A DNA stretch of 64,000 bases from the NCBI GenBank assembly GCA_016124645.1, contig WGNE01000019.1:25699-89698 (forward strand), written 5' to 3'. This document shows positions 35,570-44,825 of this stretch, in pieces (position 1 is the first letter of the stretch; each line of letters begins with the position of its first letter). Source of the stretch: Alphaproteobacteria bacterium. GTDB taxonomy: Bacteria; Pseudomonadota; Alphaproteobacteria; Micavibrionales; UBA2020. The translations under genes and the position numbers were made by a program. The notes beneath the pieces are model-generated. The model ran no database searches. It was not told the DNA's origin and saw nothing but the letters and a program-made list of their open reading frames with translations.

Positions 35570-35890
35570 ATGGGCGTTCAACAAGTTAGCGATAATGACT
35601 TCGAACAGGAAGTGCTGAAGGCCGAAGGCCCGGTGCTGGTCGATTTCTGGGCGGAATGGTGCGGCCCCTGCCGCGCCCTCGGCCCCAGCGTCGATGCGCT
35701 GGCGCAGGAAAAAGGCGCTGCCATCAAGGTCGTCAAGGTCAATATCGACGACAACCCGAACGCGCCCAGCAAATACGGCGTGCGCTCCATTCCCACGCTG
35801 CTCATCTTCAAGGGCGGCGAGGTCGTGGCGCAAACCGTGGGCTCCATGCCGAAATCCGACCTGTTCAAATGGGTCGATGGCGCGATCTGA
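35570..35890 (+). CDS. trxA: Thioredoxin (canonical, 106 aa)
   Basis: [18 protein letters not shown]...[16 protein letters not shown]. Confidence 0.92.
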   Translation: MGVQQVSDNDFEQEVLKAEGPVLVDFWAEWCGPCRALGPSVDALAQEKGAAIKVVKVNIDDNPNAPSKYGVRSIPTLLIFKGGEVVAQTVGSMPKSDLFKWVDGAI

Positions 35891-35915
35891 TTATCGCGTT
35901 TATCCTTTGAAAACA

Positions 35916-35945
35916 GCGTCCTGCCGCAAGGCAGGGCGCTTTTTC
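35916..35945 (+). terminator. Rho-independent terminator after trxA
   Basis: GCGTCCTGCC gcaa GGCAGGGCGC followed by TTTTT. Confidence 0.6.
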
Positions 35946-36014
35946 ATTGACGAAATCCCGTCCGCACAGGACAATATAAAGAGCAAGGAAACGAAATAAC
36001 GAAAGGATTGCCCC

Positions 36015-36500
36015 TTGAAAACAGGGCGTTTACGGGCCGTTCTGGCCATCGCGGGCTGCCTCTCGCTGGCGGGCGCCGCGCCGTCACGGGCCGGCATGCT
36101 CGACGTTCCCGTGCCGCCGAGCGCGCAGGCGCAGGGCATCCCGACGCTCGACATGCATACTTTCGATGCGACGCTGGACGCGGAAACGCTGCCCGTCGTG
36201 GTGGAGTTCCACGCCGACTGGTGCACCTATTGCCGCGTGCTGCAGCCCTATGTGGACAGGCTGCACGTGCTGAAAAACGGCCGCATGGATTTTTACAACG
36301 TCGATGCCGACGCCTCGCCCGAGATTCTCGCCGCCTATAACGTGCGGGTGCTGCCGACGATGATGATTTTCTACAGGGGCAAGCTTATCTCCCGCGCGGA
36401 CGGCGCGACCAAGCCGGCCGAGATGATCGACTGGGTGAACAGCACCGAGCAGGACATCCGCAAACTTCCCGCCGACTTCGGCAAGAAGACGCACGGCTGA
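36015..36500 (+). CDS. Exported thioredoxin-like protein (CTYC active site)
   Basis: TTG start with AAAGGA 7 nt upstream. Signal peptide MKTGRLRAVLAIAGCLSLAGAAPSRA. Thioredoxin-fold region VVEFHADWCTYCRVLQP...VRVLPTMMIFYRGK. Confidence 0.7.
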   Translation: MKTGRLRAVLAIAGCLSLAGAAPSRAGMLDVPVPPSAQAQGIPTLDMHTFDATLDAETLPVVVEFHADWCTYCRVLQPYVDRLHVLKNGRMDFYNVDADASPEILAAYNVRVLPTMMIFYRGKLISRADGATKPAEMIDWVNSTEQDIRKLPADFGKKTHG

Positions 36501-36518
36501 CGCGGATAAACAAGCATG

Positions 36519-36552
36519 AAAAAAGCCCCGGCAGCGCGCGCGGGGCTTTTTT
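36519..36552. terminator. Bidirectional terminator between the convergent trx-like gene and infC
   Basis: AAAAAA GCCCCG (10-nt loop) CGGGGC TTTTTT. Confidence 0.6.
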
Positions 36553-36570
36553 CATGGAATGAAGGGTGCG

Positions 36571-37113
36571 TCAGGGGGCTTTCGCGGGCACCATGATCAT
36601 GACGATCGAGTTGCCTTCCTGCCTTGCGTCCATTTCGACCTTGCCCACGTCCAGCAGCTCTTCCTTGATGCGGCGGATGAGCGCGTAGCCGAATTCGCGG
36701 TGCTCGTTCTCGCGGCCGCGGAACTGCAGGGTGAAGCGCACCTTGTCGCCGTCGTCGAAAAAGCGGCGCGCGTTGCGCAGCTTGACCTGGATGTCGTGCT
36801 CCTCGATGTTGGGGCGCAGCTTGACTTCCTTGGTGGTGACGATTTTCTGGTTCTTGCGCGCGGCGGCTTCTTTTTTCTGCTGCTCGTAGCGGTACTTGCC
36901 GAAATCGCCGATCTTGCAGACGGGCGGCTCGGCGTTGGGGGAAATTTCGATGAGGTCGAGACCGGCGTCTTCCGCCTTCTCGATGGCGTCGCGCACGGAC
37001 ATGACGCCGACCATTTCGCCGTCTTCGTCGATGACGCGCACTTTTTCGGCACGGATCTGGCCGTTGGTGCGGGGGCCGACATCGCGGGGCGAGGATCTGT
37101 TGAAGTTAGCTAT
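36571..37113 (-). CDS. infC: Translation initiation factor IF-3, initiating at a non-canonical ATA codon
   Basis: The track ORF starts at an internal GTG (37041). The reading frame stays open upstream. ATA at 37111-37113 lies 7 nt after AGGAGA and adds (M)ANFNRSSPRDVGPRTNGQIRAEKVRV, which aligns with the E. coli IF3 N-terminus (…RINGEIRAQEVRL…). Confidence 0.88.
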   Translation of the reverse strand: MANFNRSSPRDVGPRTNGQIRAEKVRVIDEDGEMVGVMSVRDAIEKAEDAGLDLIEISPNAEPPVCKIGDFGKYRYEQQKKEAAARKNQKIVTTKEVKLRPNIEEHDIQVKLRNARRFFDDGDKVRFTLQFRGRENEHREFGYALIRRIKEELLDVGKVEMDARQEGNSIVMIMVPAKAP

Positions 37114-37214
37114 GGGACATTCTCCTGTTGCTGTTTTGGTAAAAACCCGCCGCGCGCCCGGCGAAGCCGGAAACCGGCGGCCGGAAAAGCGGTCGGGGGT
37201 GGTTCATGCCGCCG

Positions 37215-39185
37215 TCATTGCGGGGGCGCTGATTCATCAGAGATTTTACGGATTGCGGCGTCAAGTGCAAGCACTTCTTGCGCGCCTTGTTTCTCGCCCT
37301 CGGCGGCCAGATGGCGGATGGCGACCTTGGCTTCCTCCGCCTCGCGCTTGCCGACGACCCATATTTCGGGGATTTTCTGCAGGCTGTGCTCGCGGATCTT
37401 GTAGTTGATCTTCTCGTTGCGCACGTCGGCCACCGCGCGCACGCCCGCGGCCTTGAGTTTTTCCAGAACTTCCTGCGCGTAATCGTCCGCGTCCGAGGTG
37501 ATGGTCGCGATAACGCATTGCACCGGCGCCAGCCACAGGGGCAGCTTGCCCGCGTGGTGCTCGATGAGGATGCCGATGAAACGCTCCATGGAGCCCAGAA
37601 TGGCGCGGTGGAGCATGACGGGGCGGTGGCGCTGGCTGTCCTCGCCGATATAGCTGGCGTCGAGCCGCTCGGGCAGGTTGAAGTCGAGCTGCAGCGTGCC
37701 GCATTGCCACGTGCGGCCGATGGCGTCGGTCAGGTGGAATTCCACCTTCGGCCCGTAGAAGGCGCCTTCGCCCGGCAGTTCCTCGAATTCCAGCCCGGCG
37801 GCGGTCAGCGCGTTGCGCAGGTCGCCTTCGGCGCGGTCCCAGACCTCGTCGGAGCCGAGGCGCTCGTTCGCGCCCGGGCGCAGGGCCAGCTTGACCGAGA
37901 TGTTTTCGAAGCCGAGGTCTTTATAGACGCCGAGCTGCAGCTTGAAGTAATCGAGCGATTCCTTTTCGACCTGATCGTCGCGGCAGAAGATATGCGCGTC
38001 GTCCTGCGTGAACTGGCGCACGCGCATGATGCCGTGCATCGCGCCCGAGGGCTCGTTGCGGTGGCAGCAGCCGAATTCCGCCATGCGGATCGGCAGGTCG
38101 CGGTAGGATTTCAGGCCTTGGTTGAAGACCTGAACATGCGCGGGACAGTTCATGGGCTTCACGCCCAGCGTACGCTCGTCCGCCTTCACCTCGACCTTGA
38201 ACATGTTGTCGCCGTAAATGTCCCAGTGGCCCGAGGCCTTGAACAGCGAGCTGTCGAACAATTGCGGCGTCTTTACTTCCTGATAGCCCGCGGCGCGGAT
38301 GCGGCGGCGGATGAAGTCTTCGAGCGCGCGCCAGATGGTATAGCCCTTGTCGTGCCAGAAGACGCTGCCGACGGATTCTTCCTGCATGTGGAAGAGGTCC
38401 ATTTCACGGCCCAGCTTGCGGTGGTCGCGCTTTTCCGCTTCCTCCAGCATGTGCAGGTGGGCGTCCAGTTCCTTCTGGTCGCGCCACGCCGTGCCGTAGA
38501 TGCGCTGGAGCTGCGCGTTGTTGCTGTCCCCGCGCCAATAGGCGCCGGCCACCTTCATCAGCTTGAAGGCCGTGCCGACGTGGCCGGTGGAGGGCAGGTG
38601 CGGGCCGCGGCAAAGGTCGTACCACTTGCCCTGGCGGTAGATGCTGATCTCCTCGCTTTCCGGCAGGTCGCGGATGATCTCGGCCTTGTATTTCTCTCCG
38701 ATGCCCTCGAAGTGCCTGATGGCCTCGTCGCGCTTCCAGACCTCGCGCGTGAAGGGCTCGTTGCGGGCGACGATTTCCTTCATCTTCTTCTCGATCGCGC
38801 CGAGGTCTTCGGTGGAAAAAGGCTCGTCGCGGGCGAAGTCGTAGTAAAAGCCATTCTCGATCGAAGGGCCGATGGTGACCTGCGTGCCGGGGAAAAGCTC
38901 CTGCACCGCCTCGGCCATCACGTGGGCAGTGTCGTGGCGGATGATCTCGAGCGCGTCCGCGGATTTGCGCGTGACGATCTCGAGCGCGCCGCTGGCGGGC
39001 AGGGCGCGGTTGAGATCAATGATCTCGCCGTTCAGCTTCACCGCCAGCGCGGCCTTGGCAAGGCCGGGGCCGATGGAGGAGGCCACGTCAAGCCCGGTCA
39101 CGGGGGTCGCAAAGGTAAGTTCCTTGCCGTCGGGCAGGGTCAGCTTCAGCTCTTTTTGCGATTTGTCGTGGCTTGCGGGTTGCAT
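37215..39185 (-). CDS. thrS: Threonine-tRNA ligase
   Basis: TGS domain, editing domain, class II core (…[30 protein letters not shown]…) and anticodon-binding domain. I prefer the ATG start at 39185; the alternative is TTG at 39209. Confidence 0.95.
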   Translation of the reverse strand: MQPASHDKSQKELKLTLPDGKELTFATPVTGLDVASSIGPGLAKAALAVKLNGEIIDLNRALPASGALEIVTRKSADALEIIRHDTAHVMAEAVQELFPGTQVTIGPSIENGFYYDFARDEPFSTEDLGAIEKKMKEIVARNEPFTREVWKRDEAIRHFEGIGEKYKAEIIRDLPESEEISIYRQGKWYDLCRGPHLPSTGHVGTAFKLMKVAGAYWRGDSNNAQLQRIYGTAWRDQKELDAHLHMLEEAEKRDHRKLGREMDLFHMQEESVGSVFWHDKGYTIWRALEDFIRRRIRAAGYQEVKTPQLFDSSLFKASGHWDIYGDNMFKVEVKADERTLGVKPMNCPAHVQVFNQGLKSYRDLPIRMAEFGCCHRNEPSGAMHGIMRVRQFTQDDAHIFCRDDQVEKESLDYFKLQLGVYKDLGFENISVKLALRPGANERLGSDEVWDRAEGDLRNALTAAGLEFEELPGEGAFYGPKVEFHLTDAIGRTWQCGTLQLDFNLPERLDASYIGEDSQRHRPVMLHRAILGSMERFIGILIEHHAGKLPLWLAPVQCVIATITSDADDYAQEVLEKLKAAGVRAVADVRNEKINYKIREHSLQKIPEIWVVGKREAEEAKVAIRHLAAEGEKQGAQEVLALDAAIRKISDESAPPQ

Positions 39186-39395
39186 GGTTTTCGGCGTCCG
39201 TCCTTTCAAGGGGTTGAAAACAGTATATTAATGTCGTCTTCCCCCTTGCCTGAGTCAAGCGCGATTAAGGGAATTTCACTGGAAATCCCCGCGATTTGGC
39301 GGTAAAAGCAGGGGGTAGCGGATTTTAAAGGGCTTTTGCGCCCGCCGCGCAGGCCCAAGAGGCGGCCTGCAAGAAGCAATTTGGAAGACAATATC

Positions 39396-40697
39396 ATGAT
39401 CAGAACATGGGATACGGGCAGCATCGCCTTTCGCCAGTTTGTCGGCGGCCATCACGCGCCGGTCATCATGCAGGTCGTGCCTGCGCTCAACTCCGGCGGG
39501 GTCGAGCAGGGCGTCATCGACATCAACGCGGCCATCGTCGCGGCGGGCGGCCATTCCATCGTCGTTTCCAGCGGCGGGGCGCGGGTGCATGAAATCGCCA
39601 AGGCGGGCGGCGTGCATATCGAATTGCCGGTCCATTCCAAGAACCCGCTGACCATGGCGGCCAACACGGGGCGCCTGCGCCGCATCATCCGCGAGCAGAA
39701 CGTCGATCTCGTCCACGCCTGCTCGCGCGCGCCGGCCTGGAGCGCGCGCCGCGCCGTGAAGGGCACCGCCGCGCATTACGTCACCAGCTGCCACGCGGCC
39801 CACGCGCTGGGCGGCAAGTTCAAGCAGTTCTACAATTCCGCCATTGCGGGGGGCGAGCGCGTCATCGCGGTGTCCCACTTCCTCGCCGATTACCTCGAGC
39901 AGAACTACAAGATCGACCCGAACATCGTGCGCGTCGTGCACCGCGGCGTCGCGATCGAGCGTTTCCATCCCAATTCCGTGACGCCCGAGCGTCTCGTCGC
40001 CCTCGCGCGCAAGATGCGCATCCCCGACGGCGCGGCGGTCGTTCTGCTGCCCGCGCGGCTCACCCGCATCAAGGGCCATATGTTCCTGCTCGACGCGCTG
40101 GAGCAATTGCAGCGCAAGGACGTCTTCTGCCTCTTCGTCGGCTCGGACATCGGCAACGAAAGCTACCGCAAGGAGCTGGAGGCCTATATCGAATCCAAGG
40201 ACATGGGCGGCGCGGCGCGCATCGTCACCGACTGCAACGACATTCCCGCCGCCTACATGATCGCAACCGTCGTCGTGGTGCCCTCCTTGGTGCCCGAAGG
40301 CTTCGGCCGCGTGCCGATCGAGGCGCAGGCCATGGGCCGCCCCGTCATCGCCACCGACCACGGCGGCGCGCGCGAGACGATTTTGCGCGACGAGACCGGC
40401 TGGCTGGTCGCGCCCGGCGACGTCGGCGCGCTGGCCGCCGCGCTGAACGAGGCGATGGGCCTCGACCTGCGCGGCCGCGCGATGCTGGCGACAAGGGCGA
40501 TGGCGCATGTCGCCGCCCATTTCACCAACGAGCAGATGTGCCAGGGCACGCTGGACGTCTATGCCGAGCTGCTGGGAACCGGCACGGGCGTGAAGGCGTT
40601 GCCCCCCGCGGCGAACGCGGCGCAGGACAACGAAGGCCCGCGCGCCATCCGCGCCCTGCCGCTGCACGCGGCGACCGTCGAACACGCGGCCGAGTAA
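39396..40697 (+). CDS. Glycosyltransferase family 4 (GT-B, RfaG-like)
   Basis: MQVVPALNSGGVEQGV...; the C-terminal region has an EGFGRVPIEAQAMGRPVIATDHGGARE motif. The start is uncertain (39396 or 39468). Confidence 0.8.
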   Translation: MIRTWDTGSIAFRQFVGGHHAPVIMQVVPALNSGGVEQGVIDINAAIVAAGGHSIVVSSGGARVHEIAKAGGVHIELPVHSKNPLTMAANTGRLRRIIREQNVDLVHACSRAPAWSARRAVKGTAAHYVTSCHAAHALGGKFKQFYNSAIAGGERVIAVSHFLADYLEQNYKIDPNIVRVVHRGVAIERFHPNSVTPERLVALARKMRIPDGAAVVLLPARLTRIKGHMFLLDALEQLQRKDVFCLFVGSDIGNESYRKELEAYIESKDMGGAARIVTDCNDIPAAYMIATVVVVPSLVPEGFGRVPIEAQAMGRPVIATDHGGARETILRDETGWLVAPGDVGALAAALNEAMGLDLRGRAMLATRAMAHVAAHFTNEQMCQGTLDVYAELLGTGTGVKALPPAANAAQDNEGPRAIRALPLHAATVEHAAE

Positions 40698-40709
40698 AGC
40701 GCGCCGCGG

Positions 40710-41684
40710 ATGGGGACAGATACGGATACGGGCAGCGCGGAAAACATCCTTGTCATCAAGCTTTCGGCGCTGGGCGATTTCATGATCGCGCAGGCCTCGA
40801 TGGCCGCCATCCGCCAGCATCACCCCAAGGCGCATATCACTCTTTTGACCACCGCGCCCTTCGTCGATATGGGCCAGCGCAGCGGCTATTTCAACGACGT
40901 GAAGGCGATCGCCCGCGCGCCTTTTTACAACATCCCCGCATGGGCGAAGCTGCGGCGTTTCCTGAACGGCGGGAATTTCACCCGCGTCTATGACCTGCAG
41001 CTCAACGACCGCACGGCGTTTTTCTACCTGCTGTTCCGTCAAAAGCCGGAATGGTCGGGCGTGGTGCCGGAGAGCAAGCTTTACTACCCCAACCCGAAAT
41101 GGCGCGACATGCACGCCTTCGAGCGGCACAGGCAAATCCTCGCCGTCGCGGGGATCGAGGTCGGGATGCCGGATTTGTCGTGGATGACGTCCGACGTCTC
41201 CCTGCTGGGCGTCGCCGCGCCCTATGTTCTTTTCGTGCCGGGCTCCGCCCCGACATGGCCGCAGAAACGCTGGCCCGCGCTGAAATACGGCGCGCTGGGA
41301 CTGAAGCTCATGCAGCAGGGCTACGCCATCGCCGTGCTGGGCACGAATGCGGAGCGCGAAACGATAGACCGCGTGCTGAAATCCTGCCCGGGCGCCATCG
41401 ACCTGTGCGGCAAGACCTCGCTCTACGACATCGCGACGCTGGCGCGCGGCGCGGCGGGCGCGGTCGGCAACGATACCGGCCCCACGCATCTCATCGCCAT
41501 GTCGAACTGCCCGACCCTCGCACTGTTTTCCGGCGCGACCCACCCCGAGCTTTCCGCCCCGACCGGCGAAGCCGTGACCGTCCTGCAATGCGACAGCCTC
41601 GACGATCTCTCGGTCGAGGACGTGATGAAGGCCTTCAACCCTCATCCGCCTTCGCAAAAAAAGACGGAAGGCAAGACGGCATGA
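40710..41684 (+). CDS. Glycosyltransferase family 9 (LPS heptosyltransferase-like)
   Basis: ILVIKLSALGDFMIAQASMAAIRQHHPKAHITLLT ... GNDTGPTHLIA. Confidence 0.8.
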   Translation: MGTDTDTGSAENILVIKLSALGDFMIAQASMAAIRQHHPKAHITLLTTAPFVDMGQRSGYFNDVKAIARAPFYNIPAWAKLRRFLNGGNFTRVYDLQLNDRTAFFYLLFRQKPEWSGVVPESKLYYPNPKWRDMHAFERHRQILAVAGIEVGMPDLSWMTSDVSLLGVAAPYVLFVPGSAPTWPQKRWPALKYGALGLKLMQQGYAIAVLGTNAERETIDRVLKSCPGAIDLCGKTSLYDIATLARGAAGAVGNDTGPTHLIAMSNCPTLALFSGATHPELSAPTGEAVTVLQCDSLDDLSVEDVMKAFNPHPPSQKKTEGKTA

Positions 41685-41914
41685 GCGCCCATCACCTCGA
41701 CGCAAGGGGCCTCATCTGCCCGCTGCCGGTCCTGAAGGCGCGCAAGGTCTTGCTGAAGCTCGCGCCCGGCGCGGTGCTGACCGTCCGCGTCACCGACGAC
41801 CATGCGCCCAAGGACTTCTCCCTGTTCTGCGAAGAGGCCGGGCACCGCCTGCAATCCGTCGCGCCCGGCGCGGACGAGGGCGAGGTGCTGGTGACCATCG
41901 AGCGCGGCGCGTAG
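41681..41914 (+). CDS. TusA/SirA-family sulfurtransferase
   Basis: 77 aa, MSAHHLDARGLICPLPVLKARK (CPxP motif). ATGA overlap with the GT9 stop. The long track ORF 41051-41914 is N-terminally spurious. Confidence 0.8.
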   Translation: MSAHHLDARGLICPLPVLKARKVLLKLAPGAVLTVRVTDDHAPKDFSLFCEEAGHRLQSVAPGADEGEVLVTIERGA

Positions 41915-42002
41915 TCGTAAAAACGCCAATATTTTCAATGACCTGAACTTGGTTCGCCGAAAAGATTGTCTTTTTGGAAAAGACAGGCTAAACACGCTTT
42001 CC

Positions 42003-42028
42003 GGCCGGTTTCATTCCGGCCTCTTTTT
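42003..42028 (+). terminator. Possible terminator downstream of tusA
   Basis: GGCCGG tttcatt CCGGCC followed by TCTTTTT. The stem is short. Confidence 0.35.
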
Positions 42029-42062
42029 AATGGATGAACAGATCGGAGTCGCTGCATAAATC

Positions 42063-43539
42063 ATGACAAGCGTGGAAAAAAACGGGACTGAAGCGGGCGC
42101 GCAAAACGCGTCTTTTGAAAAATATGCGCGCATCGACGGGCCCGTCGTCATGCTGGGCTTCGGCTCCATCGGGCGCGGCACCCTGCCGCTGATCGAGCGC
42201 CATTTCGACTTCGACCCGAAACGGCTTGTCGTGGTCGATCCCGACGATTCCAACAAGGAACTGGCCGAGCAGCACGGCGCGCGCTTCATCAAGCAGGCGA
42301 TCACCAAGGACAATTACCGCGAAGTCCTCACCCCCCTGCTGACCGAGGGCGGGGGGCAGGGCTTTTGCGTGAACCTGACCGTCGATGTTTCCTCCCTCGA
42401 CCTCATGCGCCTCTGCCGCGAGCTGGACACGCCCTATATCGACACGGTGGTCGAGCCTTGGCTGGGGTTTTACTTCGATGAAAGCCTCGACCCGTCCGAG
42501 CGTTCCAACTACGCACTGCGCGAGGCGGTGCTGGAAGAACGCCGCAAGAACCCCGGCGGCACCACCGCCGTTTCCTGCTGCGGGGCCAATCCCGGCATGG
42601 TGTCGTGGTTCGTGAAGCAGGCGCTGCTCGACGTCGCGAAGGATACGGGCGCGGGCACGGAAGTGCCGAAGACCCGCGCGGACTGGGCGAAGCTGATGCA
42701 GAAGGCGGGCGTGAAGGGCATCCACATCGCCGAGCGCGACACGCAGCGCGCGCCACCCCAAGCCGTTCCATACCTTCGTCAACACATGGTCGGTCGAGGG
42801 TTTCATCTCCGAAGGCATGCAGCCGGCGGAGCTGGGCTGGGGCACGCATGAAAAATGGATGCCGCCCAGCGCGCGCCGCCATGAAAAGGGCTGTCAGGCC
42901 GCCATCTTCCTGATGCAGCCGGGCGCGGATACGCGGCTTTACAGCTGGTGCCCCACGCCGGGCCCGCAGTTCGCGTGGCTGGTCACGCATAACGAGTCGA
43001 TCTCGATCGCCGATTATTTCACCGTGGGCGAGGGCGCGCAGCCCGACTACCGCCCCACCTGCCACTACGCCTACCACCCGGCCAACAACGCCGTGCTCTC
43101 GCTCATCGAGATGTTCGGTTCCGGCAAGCCGCAGGAAAAGCACCACATTCTGGACGAGGCCGAGATCGTGAACGGCAAGGACGAGCTGGGCGTCTTGCTC
43201 TTCGGCCATGCGAAGAACGCCTATTGGTACGGCTCGCAGCTTTCCATCGAGGAAACGCGCGCGCTGGCCCCCTACCAGAACGCGACCGGCCTGCAGGTGA
43301 CATCCGCCGTGCTGGCGGGCATGGTCTGGGCGCTGGAAAACCCGAACGCCGGCATCGTCGAGGCGGATGAAATGGATTTCGCGCGCTGCCTTGAAGTGCA
43401 AAAGCCCTACCTCGGCCCCGTCAAGGGCTACTATACGGACTGGACGCCGCTGCAGGGCCGCCCCGGACTTTTCCCCGAGGACATCGACCCCGAAGACCCC
43501 TGGCAGTTCCGCAATATCCTCGTGCATCCGGCGGCCTGA
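42063..43539 (+). pseudogene. hss: Homospermidine synthase split by a single-base frameshift (pseudogene or sequencing error)
   Basis: ORF 42063-42851 carries the N-terminal half (RIDGPVVMLGFGSIGRGTLPLIERHF...IHIAERDTQRA). The homologous sequence continues in the +1 frame (…PKPFHTFVNTWSVEGFISEGMQPAELGWGTHEKW…) to 43539. The switch lies near 42745-42760 (gcgcgcgccacccc). The total span is 1477 nt, which is 3n+1. Confidence 0.85.
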
Positions 43540-43553
43540 TTTTAAAAGCGGCT

Positions 43554-43579
43554 GTCATGCCCGGCTTGCCCGGGCATCC
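43554..43579. repeat. REP-like hairpin, family A-related copy
   Basis: gtcATGCCCGGcttgcCCGGGCATcc, with the same GTCATGCCCG...CGGGCATCC flanks as 3459-3486. It lies between convergent genes. Confidence 0.5.
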
Positions 43580-43683
43580 GGGGTTGCTTCAATGAGCAGT
43601 GACTTCTTTGTGCTGCCCCCGGACCCCCGCGCGGGGGCGGGGGTGACGCTGTGGCTTGGAAGGGGCTCTCTGGTTTTTAAAAC

Positions 43684-44625
43684 TCAGGCCGCTTTCGGGC
43701 CGGAGGGTTTCGGCTTGTTCCTGATGACGGGCGTCTGCGTCCCGTTGTCGTTCGCGCTTTCGACCTCCGGCGCGGGCGGGCGCAGGTGCATGTCGCGGCG
43801 GTAGGCGGGGTCGGTCAGGATATCCGCCGCGCCCGGCTGCAAAAGATAGGGCAGCGGGCAGATGCCGTGCAGCTTTTCCAGCCATTCCGCGTCCAGCGGC
43901 GCGTTCACCATCCCGTGGTCCTTGAAAATCTCGTCCCGCCCCTTGGCGAGGAAGGGGACCATGAGGTCCACGGTATGCTGGTTGTAATGCGCAAGGCGCG
44001 AGTCCTTGGCGAACCACGCATCGAAAGCCACGCGTTTCGCGCGGCCGTCGTCGAGGGACGACGGGTCTTGCGTGGCGATCTTTTCAAAAGCGTCGCAGAT
44101 GCCTTCGTAGCCCACCTGTTTCGCGGCTTCCCACGGCGCGTCGTCGCCCGCCAGCTTCAGCCGCCAGGCGACCTGCGTCGCCGCGGCCTGCGCGTCGGCT
44201 TCCTGCAGGCGGTAGAACAGGATGGCGTCGGCTTCATCCAGGATGCGGTCGGGGTTGCCCACGCCGCTCAGGTGCTGGCGGATGTGCTGCGCCTCATGGA
44301 CGAGGGCTTGCAGGATGTTGTCGTCGCTCAGCTCTGACTGCAGGATGACTTCCGGCGTCTTGTAGCTGTACCGCCCGTTCTTCACCCCGGTGATGAGCAG
44401 AGTGGAGGCGGCGGCGTGGTTGCGGGTGTCGTCCTTCAGGTGGATCTGGACCTTGTGCGCGGCGAGGAAATCGGCGACCTCCTTGCCCTCCGGCACGCGG
44501 GCGAGGCGTTGCAGGATGGCGTCCAGACGGGCGGTATGGCCGCCCGGCGGGGATGCGTTGTTGAACTCTTCTTTCAAGCGCGGGTCGCTTTTTGTTGTTT
44601 TTGGATAGCAAGCGGATTGTATCAC
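43684..44625 (-). CDS. Hypothetical protein with an HExxH zinc-metallopeptidase-like motif
   Basis: 313 aa. LVHEAQHIRQH, followed by acidic residues about 19-30 aa downstream (DEADAILFYRLQEADA). No N-terminal signal peptide is evident. The C-terminus is Pro/Lys-rich. Confidence 0.5.
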   Translation of the reverse strand: MIQSACYPKTTKSDPRLKEEFNNASPPGGHTARLDAILQRLARVPEGKEVADFLAAHKVQIHLKDDTRNHAAASTLLITGVKNGRYSYKTPEVILQSELSDDNILQALVHEAQHIRQHLSGVGNPDRILDEADAILFYRLQEADAQAAATQVAWRLKLAGDDAPWEAAKQVGYEGICDAFEKIATQDPSSLDDGRAKRVAFDAWFAKDSRLAHYNQHTVDLMVPFLAKGRDEIFKDHGMVNAPLDAEWLEKLHGICPLPYLLQPGAADILTDPAYRRDMHLRPPAPEVESANDNGTQTPVIRNKPKPSGPKAA

Positions 44626-44825
44626 CCGCGCTTTGGGTCATAAAAGGCAAATCGACCGCTGCGTTGCAGCATAAGTCTTTCAAATATATGGAAAAAATTG
44701 GAAGTTAATCACCTGAAAAAGAGGGGGAAAGATTGCAAAAATATAATATGGAAGTGGCATTCCGGTTTCGGGAATCTCTCTATAATGGGATGCATCGACT
44801 ATCAAACCCCCTTGGAGTAACAACC

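Noticed and set aside
37110-37124. Four-codon mini-ORF (ATG TCC CAT AGC TAA) overlapping the infC ATA start
   Set aside because: Its ATG abuts the Shine-Dalgarno sequence with no spacer, so initiation there is unlikely. I treat it as coincidental.
41051-41680. Long N-terminal part of ORF 41051-41914
   Set aside because: It is off-frame overlap with the GT9 gene. Only the last 77 codons (TusA) look genuine.
37278-41705. 675-aa plus-strand ORF and 809-aa minus-strand ORF
   Set aside because: They are antisense to thrS and to the GT4/GT9 genes respectively. No motifs are present, and the composition is shadow-like.
42745-42765. Programmed ribosomal frameshift in hss
   Set aside because: There is no X XXY YYZ slippery heptamer and no prfB-like stop-codon context. 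An indel or a sequencing error in a GC/C run is the simpler explanation.
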